Positions 1 through 10,361 of a stretch of DNA of 64,000 nucleotides are shown in pieces. Both the position numbers and the translations under genes were made by a program. The first letter of the stretch is position 1; the number at the start of each line of letters is the position of its first letter. The stretch is from assembly GCF_036321535.1 (NCBI RefSeq), contig NC_087436.1:20834001-20898000 (forward strand), in the 5' to 3' direction. The notes under the pieces are model-generated. The model saw nothing but the letters and a program-made list of their open reading frames with translations. It was not told the origin of the DNA and did not search any database. The DNA is from Camelus dromedarius. Lineage: Eukaryota.

Positions 1-318
1 TATGACCTAGTTTAGGGATTTCTCAGCCACCCCAGTTTCCACAAGGCAACAGCTAAACTTTTCGTGACAACTGTATTTAATACATACAGTTTCCTTGGCA
101 TCAGTATAAAATCAAAAAAACCTCAGGACCCCAGAGGCAGAAAACCTAGATCATCATCCAGACTCTGTCACGAATAAGCTGTTTGACCCTTGTTCTCCAC
201 ATTTATATTTGGGGCTGAAGTTTCCTCATTTATCTTCTCTCCCTCAGAAGATTATAGCTGGGATCAAACAAAAAAAGGTAAAAGTTAGAAAATGGAGTGC
301 GAAAGTAAAGGGTGATTA

Positions 319-838
319 TGTTATCGAGTCCAAACCTGTTCTGCTCCCACATGACAGGCCAGAAAATCAGGAGACGAGGTGTTGGGGCAAGGAATAATGA
401 CTTTATTTGGAAAGACAGCAGATGGAGAAGATGGGGATCTAATGTCCTGGAGAACCATCTTCCCCCATGTCAGAATTCAGGCTCCTTTTATACTAAAAAG
501 AAGAGGGGATGTGGTTGGTTGGTGTAAACTTCTTAGCGTCAGGATCCTTTGTTCTTGCAGCTGTCCATGTAGGTCAGGTCATGGTGTTCCTGTAAACCTC
601 CAATAAGACAAATGTTATTCTCTGTTCTGCAACTTTTTATCTCTACATGAATGAGGAAGTGTTATACCCTTGAAGGTCAGAGCCTTGAGAATGGGCTCTC
701 CTGTGTATTTCAGGCTCTAGGCAGCATTCTTTTACAAAAGGTGCAGAACCAGCATGGCTCAGCACAGGAGACAGCGCCCAGGACTAGAGCTAAAGGAACA
801 GATCTAATATGGAGTCAGATTTGTTCTTCCCTATTACA
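319..838 (-). mobile_element. ERV1-class solo LTR
   Basis: TG...CA termini. Exact 4-bp TSD ATTA (315-318 / 839-842). AATAAA (402-407) and TATAAAA (486-492) on the minus strand. Homologous to the LTR at 9496-9982. Confidence 0.85.
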
Positions 839-2327
839 ATTATTGTTACTATTTCTCCGTCTGGTTCACCCCGTAATGTCAGGGGGGGAAAAAACTCGTT
901 TTATAAACAAAACAAAACAAAAAATAAGGAAGGTTAGTTTGGATTGAATTTTCAAATTATGTCCCTAACAGAATAAATGTATTGAATAATTACTCTAAGA
1001 CCCCACTTGGCGAGCACTGTTTAGAAAATAAAATCCCAGGTTTGACACAGTGGTAACAACTCCGTGTATCCCATCCTCCTTTCTTAACTTTAGCTTTCCC
1101 CCTAGTTGGTGGGTGGGCTAACTAAACAGAGGCCTTTTACATGCTACTTTGCTATTTTCTAAACAGAGCTGCTATGCATGCTCTCTGGTTTATATACAAT
1201 GCATTGTTGTTTTTGAAAGCAAAGCACCCTTATAAATACTGTGTTTCAAAAGACGAAGCGTTGCAGGAAATAATCATATAAGTTATTTTACATTTGCATT
1301 AAATTTGCTGGTATTACTCATTTGTATTTCCATATGTTTTTGAAATTACTATGCTCAGGCACTAAAATTGTAATAACGTCCTTAACAGATTTATTTATTT
1401 ATTTTTCTTATAGATGAAAAGTCTGTGAAAATGGAAGAATCTGCTTTGTGCACGTTAAATACATCTTAAGACCTTATTGTTTTAGAAAGTTTCAATGAGT
1501 ACGCTGAGCAGAAAAACAAAATGACATGATTTCTCTGGAATAAATAAGACAACTCTCTTATTTAAATTATAAAACAATAAAGATTCATTTGCTGCCTGGG
1601 ACCTGCATTTCTTAAGATGAGAATTTTATGACTTGTTTATGGCTTTTATGGGCCACAAATAAAGGAAGAAGGAATTGGTAACATTCAGAGATCATAATCT
1701 CTCTTAAAATTCTGCAGTAGGAGACCAGACTGATAAGAGCAATTGTGTGTCATGCAAAAACAAATTCATGCTTTCAAAGACCATTAAACCTTGCTCGTGT
1801 GCAGGCATAGCACTGGCCTTATCATAAGACAGTTTTAGAACTATTTTTCCTAAAAATCTATCGGATATGGTTCACAGTTTTGCCAAGACTCGAAGGTAGC
1901 TCACAGGAGAGGTTGAAATACTGGAATCTTAGGATGGGAAAGACTGTGGTTCAGAAAGCAACCTAATCTGAATAGTTCTACTTGAAACTGAAAACCTTTG
2001 GAAAGAAACTTGGTTCAACTCTGTGAGAAAAAAATGTTTTTAATAAGCAGTTCAGGTTTAGATTATGCACTAATTGGAAAGTGTCTCTTTTTTACAGTAT
2101 AAATCATCTTTTTCCTTTTCCCATAGCAATATGAATATTAAAGCCACTTCATTCCATGACACTGTATGTCCTGGAGTTTGAATCTAATTTTACAGATTAA
2201 ACATGGGACACAAGACGAGGTGGTCTGGCTTGACAGTGTTGCCAACATAAATACGTGTCCTTACAACAAAGCAACACTCAGATGAGACTATCGAAATACA
2301 AAAGGAGAGTGTCTTTGTCTGCATTTA

Positions 2328-2944
2328 TGATGCAGGAAAAACAGATATGGGGTGTGAGGACGGCTGTGTCCCAGGCTTCGGCTTGAGCCCCTGTGATGTG
2401 CTCTGCCAAGCGTGGGTCCTTGGCTTCGCGCAGGAAAGAATTCAAGAGTGAGCCACAGTTGAGTAAAGGTAGATTTATTTAGAGATATATAAAAAGGCAA
2501 GAAAAAGCCCACAAGGTGTAGGGGTTGGGTGCTCAGATTAGAGTAAAGGTAGGTACACACTCCATAAACAGAGTGCAGGCTGTCTCCAAAGTGGGAGAGA
2601 GGGGGCGGCCACGAGCCTTTGCCAGTTTTTATGGGCTCAGTGTCTTCATATGCTAATAAGTGGAAGGACCAATCTAACTAGCCTGGGGAAGGGGCTGGGA
2701 TTCCCAGGAAGTTGGCCATTTTCTACTCTTTGGCTTTTGTGGCTAGCCTTGGGACAGCCGTGGTGCCTGTGGGCATGTTATTCACCATGCTAATATATTA
2801 CAATGGGCGTATAATGAAGCTCAAGGTCTACTAGAAGTCAAATCTCCCACCATCTTGAGCCTCAAGGCCTGCCAGGGATTAAATTCTGGTGTTAATTGCT
2901 GTGTTATTCCTTGAATGACTGTGCCCTGCCCCCTTCCTGTCTCA
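2328..2944 (-). mobile_element. ERV1-class solo LTR (different family)
   Basis: TG...CA termini, near-TSD TTTA/CTTA, minus-strand AATAAA near 2475, and GC/CpG higher than the flanks. Confidence 0.75.
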
Positions 2945-4229
2945 CTTAGAAAATAGTAGCATCCAGAAGCCAGCAGATGACTAGAATTCTACCATATTCT
3001 GAATGCACTTGAAGTGCCCTATTTCTTGATGCCACCTTTTGAGAGAAATTCAGAAAAACTGAAACATATCTAGAAGGAAATGGCGTAAATCTGCGGAAAC
3101 AGTTCTGGATTTGATGGAGGTAAATGTCGTCATGGGCCTCCTACCTCTGCTGTTCAGAATCTGTGTAGTCATAGAAGACAATCATTTCGTCTCTCTGGGT
3201 CTCCCTTTACACATGACGTCCATAAAACAAGAGGGTGGACTTGATGAATAATTTATAAGGGTTTTGTTCAGTTTTAAAATTCCAACGTTTCTGGCAGGAC
3301 ATTTTGAAGTAATAATTAAGGTTTGTCTTTCCAGCATTCTTGTTGCTGCTCCGCTATGAAGCCACTAGGTTTCATTATTTAGAAATAGGGCAGAGATGGT
3401 AAACAATGAAGTCATTTAAATTTTTATTGTTGTTTTTAAACTCATGTTAGCCACAATAATCTTGAAACCCAAGGCATCTGACTACAAGTGTGAAGTTATT
3501 TGATAGAGGGTGCCAAAAGCATTTTTTTTAAAAATATGAGAGCCAAATTTTAAACTGTGCCTATGTAAATAATATGGAATGATTTAAGAGCTAGCTCCTT
3601 AGCAAAAAGAGACAAAAATCAACTTTCTGGGAAGGAGAAATAAGAGCGGATGTGACTAGTCACCTTAAAGGGTGATGAATCCCTGAACAGGAACCAGGTG
3701 ACTACCTTCTCAGGCAAGTGTCAGAAGTGGGGAGGAACAACTAAAACCTCAGATTATTTTGAAGGTATCCCAGCCCACAGAGAACCATTCATTGGCTGGC
3801 TTCCCATGGAAGTTGCCAGCCTCATAGAGGAACCCAACGTCCATCATGGTGTCTGAGCAGTAGAGTGACAATGGCAGAATGAGCTGTCTAGGCAAAATGC
3901 CTGTAGGCAGCCTCACAGAATCCCACAGCCCCTAGAAAGATGGAAATGAGGGGCTGTCTTCCCAAGAGGAAGACAGAAGTGGCTAAGAGAGGGACGGAAG
4001 AGTAGAGATCTTCCAAAGACAGGGAGAAGAGGATAAAATATGGCCTGTTCTTGGAACACAGATTAAAGGAAAACATGTTCATGCTGATTTGGATGCAGTG
4101 GATTTGGATGTGGACAACCAAGGACAAGCAAGGCCTGTGCATCTGGAATCCAGTGGCAATGGGCCAGATGTGTCTCACTCCATGATAGTAAGAGTCATAA
4201 GGATTGAGCCTCCAAATTTACTGTTCACG

Positions 4230-4591
4230 TGCTCTGGACAGAACTGTGTCCCACAAAATGTGTATGTCGAAGTCTTAATCCCAATGTTACGGTATTTGGA
4301 GATGGGGCTTTTTATTACATTTAGATGAAGCCATGAGGGCAGGGCCCTTGTGATAGGGTTAATATTTTACAAGAAGAGATACCAGAGAGCATAGTAGCAT
4401 AGCCTCTCCCTCCTCATCATATGAGAACTTATGGCTTTCTGCAACCCAGAAAAAAACTCTTAGCAGAACCCAGAACCTAGAACCTGACTGTGTTGCTGCC
4501 TTGACCTCAAACATCTAGGCTCCAGAAATGTGAGAAAATAAATGTATATTGTCTAAACCACCCATTATAGCAGCCTAAGCAGAATAAGACA
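4230..4591 (+). mobile_element. MaLR LTR (MLT1A/B-like)
   Basis: Typical MLT1 motifs: 'aactgtgtcccacaaaat...ggtatttggagatgggg', 'ctccagaaatgtgagaaaataaat', and the end 'gcagcctaagcagaataagaca'. Confidence 0.8.
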
Positions 4592-4639
4592 CGAAGCCAA
4601 GATACTTTTGAGAATGAAAGGATACATTAAAATTAATTA

Positions 4640-6610
4640 GAAATGTATTTTTGAAATATTTTTTCATTGAAGAACCAATTGGCTATATTAATTACATTGG
4701 TTGATGTATAAAATTTGTTCTTTACAAAAATTATTTTCAAAAATCAAATTATTTCCAAAATGCAAAATGGCATATGCTCTTTTGGATTAAAGGAAAATAT
4801 AAAAATTATTTGTGTTGATTGCCTAAATATTAAAAAATAGCACAAACTGTATCTTTCTCTAATACTGATTCCCTAATATTTTTCTAGAGAATGTATTATT
4901 TCAATATGATCTTAGTCTTTTTATTTTTTTTCCAAAACTTGCCTGCAATCTTCAGTTACATTTTATATAAATATATTTGAAAAGGATACATATTTGCTTT
5001 TCTCTTTAGACTATATAGCATTTTAATTGAGAAGATATTTAGAGGTGCTGAGTTACCTAGTAAGTTTAGAGGAAATTCTACTGAGGAGAGAATATTCTCA
5101 ATTCTAATTTTTATGAAATGTATAGTGGTATCAATATTTTTATAGGTACTGTCTTTTTACTTCAATTTAGAATTTTTCTCTACAAATATTTTATAAGGCA
5201 AAGCTCATAGAATAAATTCATAATTTTTTAGTGTTTTGCCAAATAGATGCTGCAAAACCACAGATCTTTTCAATTTTATTCCATTCCAGTAAAAAATATA
5301 ATCCAATTACAAAAATGAAATTTGTTCAAAAGATTTTTTTTTTCTACAAGTCATTTCAAAGGAATTTACAGAATTTTAAAATTAAATCTTGTACACTGTT
5401 TGAGGGCTCATCATTTACTTTGTTCACCTCCCTGCTTTTGTAAAGATGAATTTGCCTTTGTAGTTCTTGCAAAACCTGAGGTTTTCTGGCTCCCAAGTCC
5501 TTGGACATTTTGATAAAAGATTTCTGATCATTTTTTTAAATTCAGAGTTGTTTAAGAAAATATGCAATGCCATTATAGGGTTCATAGGTTGATTTGCAAA
5601 GTAGTTCTCCTGAAGTGAGCTGACACATTTCTAAAATCTGATTGAAGATACACAGCAAGAGAGAAAGCACATATGGCCTTGCAAACTTATTTTTTGGGGT
5701 ACTAAACATAGTTTTTATTTAAAAACTGTTGTAGTATAGTTACTTAACTCTAATGTTTATACATTTTGACACCCACAGTTTCTATTTCAAATGATAGGTT
5801 TTTGCAGTTTATTGGATGATGTTATTATAACTTGTTTGTCTACCACCCCCAATTTTAGGAATATTTAGGAATATTTTTCTCTATATGTTTCTTAACTTAG
5901 TAAGACCATTATTTTATCCATGATGTGCTATACTCTGCCAAATTTGTATCCATATTAATACTGTAAAGCAAATAATCATACATTCAATGTTGAACTTTTT
6001 AATTGAACATACAATGGATTCATTTTCAAAGGTTGACCTTCCAAAAGCTTTACTATTATATGAATTTGATGAAAGAAATCCAATCAGTTATGGAAATAAC
6101 TGGTTTTCTACAAGAAGCCTGCAATCAAACTTTTACAAATGGCATCCTGTAACTGTTTACAGATTCTTTTGCCAATAAAACCAGCATATTACAGCTATCA
6201 ATTCACTCTCCATGGATATGCAGGAAACTTTTGGATCCAGAAATGAATGAAATCAGTTTAGAAGGAAAGTTACTTGATTTCAATGAAAAGTCACGTTTCA
6301 GAGTAATATATAAACACACTTCCTGCAGATGCACCTGTGAAATTGATGTATTTCAGTACTGTTTTCTAAAATTAATCAATTACTTTTATGTGGATGCTGC
6401 TATATTCAGCATATTTGTTGCTTCCAGGACTGGTGGTATCTCTACAGCCTCCATAAAATCAGAACTATTTTGAGCAATTTCTATTTTTGCCATCAACTCT
6501 CTTGAGAAATGGAAATTTAGTATTTAATTATTCATTAAGCATGCATTAGCATATTGGTGCTAAAAGGGCTTATTGCAAAAGAAAAAAAAATTTACTGAAT
6601 ATGCCAATTT
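4640..6610 (-). mobile_element. Decayed hAT-superfamily DNA transposon with transposase remnant (Blackjack-like)
   Basis: Minus-strand translation across frameshifts gives ordered hAT-type blocks: TKFPFLKRVD, RDFSLKSSNFPSKLISFI, IVKLLE, SIKKFNIECMIICF, NNGLTKLRN, LSFEIETVGVKMYK, NQILEM. Many stops. TIRs not located. Confidence 0.65.
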
Positions 6611-6816
6611 TCACAGAATTTTATTTTCAACTTCAAATCCACCCTTCTAGATTCTGCTTTGTGATGCTGAAGATGAATTTTGTAAACCCAAATTCTGACA
6701 GTTGGTCCTTATTAAGCTCTGATAATAGGGGAGTAAGAGGAGGACTGCCAGGCTGGAGAATAATGAAGAAACTTGCCTTTTTCTGTTTATTTCCCATGGG
6801 CTTCCTGTGTGATTTT

Positions 6817-6843
6817 GGTGGGGGTGGGGTGGGGGTGGGGTGG
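6817..6843 (+). repeat. (GGGGT)n G-tract repeat, G-quadruplex-forming motif
   Basis: G5-T-G4-T-G5-T-G4 at 6820-6840. Confidence 0.85.
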
Positions 6844-6847
6844 TACT

Positions 6848-7120
6848 GATGTATAACTGACCAATAAGATTGTCAGGTATTTAAAGTGTATATCGTGGTG
6901 ATTTGATAAACATATACATTGTGAAAGGATTTCCCCCATCTAGTTAATTAACCATCCATCCTCTCGCATATTAATACATTTATTTATCTATTGATTTATT
7001 TTGTGAGAACATTGTAAGTTCTACTCTCTTAGAATGTGTATGTTTTATAATACAGTATTATCAACTATCATCACCATGTTTTACACTAGATCCTCAAACC
7101 TTACTCATCTTACAGCTGCA
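6848..7120 (-). mobile_element. L1 3' end fragment (L1MA-like)
   Basis: Antisense L1 3'UTR motifs such as 'atttaaagtgtata...gatttgata', 'catacattgtgaaaggatt' and 'tagatcctcaaaccttactcatctta'. Confidence 0.75.
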
Positions 7121-7458
7121 AGTTAGTACCTGTATGCTGTCGATTCCTGTGTACAACCCTTTAGCAAGGAATCTTCACCCCGTCGAGAGCAGGGTCTTCC
7201 CACAGCGGTAGGTGAATCTAGATTTTCAGAACCAGATTCATTTCTCAGCCCTGAGGGTAGCAGTTACTTCCTTTAGGAGTTATTTCATTGATACTTTAGT
7301 GTTCCTGTTCCCTGTTGAGTTATGTTAGGGTTTTCTTTTTACCTAGTCAATGACTCATTTAACATCCTGATACCTAGTTACAGATTCATTATATTAAATT
7401 CTCTCTGTTCAAATGATTGGTGCGGTTTTTGTCTCTTTACTGGACCCTGACTGGTATA
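7121..7458 (+). mobile_element. ERVL-type (MLT2-like) LTR, probable 5' LTR of the adjacent ERV-L
   Basis: Ends with 'attaaattctctctg...tctctttactggaccctgactggtata', typical of ERVL LTR 3' ends, and is directly followed by ERV-L internal sequence. Confidence 0.55.
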
Positions 7459-7822
7459 ATAATTACTGTGAGGGAGGGAGTAGACTCTGGAAGCAAGCCC
7501 TTGAAGTTGGGATCTGGTAAATGGTCTGGCTGTGTTTTTGGACTTGAATGAAGTGTTGAGCCCTTGCCAAGGTGAAATGAGATGCTATTAATTTGTTACA
7601 TGCAATGGCATCAAAATTAATCAAATTAATTGACCTGTGGTTAGTTATAATAATATTCCTACTGAAGTTAAGTATTTAGGGGGAAAATGACTGCATTACT
7701 TGACCATTAAGGGAATAATGATGACTGTAAGTTGTTGGCATCGGATGGATTCTTCTGATGGCAGGGGGGCATTCGTCAAACGAAAACAACAAGCCCAGGT
7801 CTTTAAGCCCTCAGCTCAAATC

Positions 7823-7827
7823 AAAAA

Positions 7828-7899
<72 letters not shown>

Positions 7900-7902
7900 A
7901 AA
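7823..7902 (+). repeat. (GAAA)n microsatellite
   Basis: Long uninterrupted GAAA tract. It explains the KERK-repeat ORFs at 7700-7963 and 7758-7940. Confidence 0.97.
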
Positions 7903-8462
7903 CAGTTTGTCTGAAAGTCTTAAAAGCTCTATTTTTATAACAAATATCTCTTACTTTTTTTAGAGCAATGCGGCCAATATAGCTGGAAAATTAAACCCAG
8001 TGTTTAATTGTTTGGGTTGCAGAATTACAACGTCATTTGAATTCACAGCTTTTCCAAATATGTCATGTGAAAGTCAAGGCATTGATTGGGCAGAAGTGGG
8101 ACCCTGAAACTGGGAATGAGAGCATCTGACTGGACTCAGTTGAAGCTGAGAAATGGGGACCCCTGAGTAATGACGATCCTTTCTCGTCACTGAAAATAGC
8201 GTGTCCTCCATGTCTAAGGGCAATATCCTTCTCTGTGTTTGAACAGCCTGTAATGACTCTAACTGGGGAATTTGTCATGCAATGTTCAGATTTTTTTAAG
8301 GCCCCTCCAAATATCCCCGTGACCTCTATACTCATGTTACAGTTAGATCTCATTGTGCTTCCGGGCAGAAATTACAAGTTTTAACCCAGGAGGAAATATT
8401 ATATTATTATATTATATTCCAAGAGAACTGGAAGATTTATACCGACATAAACCTGGGGGATA

Positions 8463-8900
8463 CGATTGGCCCTCCATATCCACAGAATCTGCATTCATGT
8501 TTTAAACCAACCCCAAATCAAAACTATTTGGAAAAAAAATTCCAGAAAGTTCCAAAATTTGAATTTGCCATGTGCTAGCAACTATTTACATAACGTTTAC
8601 ATTGTTTAGGTGTTATAAGCAATCTAGAGATGATTTATATGGTAAATAGGAGGATGTTTGTAAGTTATGTGCAAACACTATACCATTTAATTTTTAAAAT
8701 TTTTTTGTTGAAGTATAGTCAGTTTACAGTGTTGTGTCAATTTCTGGTGTATAGAGTAACGTTTCAGTCACACATATACATACATATACTCCTTTTCATA
8801 TTCTACTATGCCATTTTATATAAAGGACTTGAACACGCATGGATTTTAGTATCTGAGGAGGTCCTGGAACAAATCCCCAACAAATACCAAGGGATGGCTG
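8463..8900. mobile_element. MER2-like Tigger (TcMar) non-autonomous DNA transposon
   Basis: Flanked by TA TSD (8461-8462 / 8901-8902), with degenerate TIRs and MER2 motifs 'aatctagagatgattta' and 'ttatgtgcaaacactataccattt'. Confidence 0.8.
8689..8804 (-). mobile_element. Short lineage-specific L1 3' tail inserted in MER2
   Basis: Poly-T then 'gaagtatagtcagtttacagtgttgtgtcaatttctggtgta'. 12-bp TSD actataccattt (8677-8688) / actatgccattt (8805-8816). Confidence 0.8.
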
Positions 8901-9372
8901 TAGATGTGGGAATAAATTTTCATGGTGTTAGACCAAGCAAGACAGAATATAACACTAAATCAGGCCAAATTTATTGATATGGGTTCACTTACCGATGATT
9001 CCAGATTGAACGTGCTAGTTCTTTGTGGAAGATTGATACCACATTAACTTAACTCAGCGGGAGCAACATTTATCAGAATTCTTTTCTGTGAGTAGAGCTG
9101 GGTTAGTGTGGGCCACACGACATCTGTCATCTGTGGTTTGTAAAGTGGATGTGGAGTAGCAAGAATGTTGGCTCCATGCTGGCGAGCTCGCACAGATCCA
9201 TGATCTGCAGGGTCCCCTTGCTGGCATTGGGGTAGCAGCCTGGCCGCAGCTCCTCTACCTTCATCTTCTCCTTCAGCTTCTCTGAGTTCCAGGCCAAGTA
9301 CCAAAACAAAGGGTGCCGGCTTTTTCTGCAGGCCACACAATCGAAGTTGAAAGCTTGGAAGTGGTGAGAGAT

Positions 9373-10361
9373 TGTGTTACTTTTATACTGCTGCATTATC
9401 AAACTGCCACAAGCTTAGTGACTTAAAACAACCAAGCGAATGATCTTACAGTTCTGTAGGTCAGACATCTGAGAGTGTTGGCTGGATCGCATTCCTGTTA
9501 CCGAGTCCAAGCTTGTCGTGCTCGCCGCATGACCGGCCAATAAAGTGAGAGGCAGTTGTTGGGGCAAAGAATAGTGACTTTATTTGGAAAGCCAGCAGAC
9601 GGAGAAGATGGTGGTTCTAGCATCCCAAAGAACCATCTTGCCTGAGTTAGAATTCATGCTTCTTTTACATTCAAAGGGGAGAGAGTAAAGTCAAACATTT
9701 CCTGGTTCCCGTCAGCCTCAGGAGGGGATGTGTTCATTCCTTCCTCTGCAGCCGTTCACAGGTGGGCCTGGTCAGGATGTCTCCTGTGAGCTAAACAAAG
9801 GGGTTTTAGCTTAACGTTCATTACCTGGGAGGCAGGGTTCCCAGAGATGGGCCATTATGTATAATTTAATATTATAGGCAACATCCCTTAGTGATTAACT
9901 TGTAGCAAAAGCAACGGAAGACAAAGGTTCAAGTAAAAGAAGCAGATCCAACGTGGAGTCAGACCTGCTCTTCCCCATTACATTCCCTTCTGAAGGCTCT
10001 AAAGAGAATCCATTTCCTTAGTCATTCAGGACGTCGGCAGGATGTTGTTCATTTCCTAGCTGTTGTAGTACAAGGTCCCCATTTTCTGCAGCTGCCAGTT
10101 GGCAGCCATTCCCTTCTTCTAAAAGCTGCCCTTATCTCTAGACTCTTGGCCCCCTTCCTCCATCTTCAAAGCTAAACATAGTGGGTCAAGTTCCTCCCAT
10201 GCCTTATCCCTCCTGTCTTTCTCCCATTACACCTCCCTATCTTAACATCAGCTGATTAGCAACATTAATTCCATGCACACCCTTAATTCTCCTCTGTCAC
10301 GTAGGGTCGCATAGTCACAGGTTCTGAGTGTTAGGATGGGAACATCTTGATGCCTGCAACA
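9373..10361 (-). mobile_element. MaLR LTR (MLT1), split by a younger LTR
   Basis: 'tgccacaagcttagtgacttaaaacaac...cttacagttctgtaggtcag' continues after 9986 with 'ctgaaggctctaaagagaatccatttcc...catagtcacaggttctgag'. Confidence 0.75.
9496..9982 (-). mobile_element. ERV1-class solo LTR (related to 319-838)
   Basis: TG...CA termini. Exact 4-bp TSD TTCC (9492-9495 / 9983-9986). Shares both terminal regions with the 319-838 LTR. Confidence 0.85.

Noticed and set aside
7700..7963. Lys/Glu/Arg-rich ORFs
   Set aside because: Translation of the (GAAA)n microsatellite.
319..9982. The two related LTRs as the 5' and 3' ends of one ~9.7-kb provirus
   Set aside because: Each LTR has its own TSD, their middles differ, and the intervening DNA is not ERV1 internal sequence.
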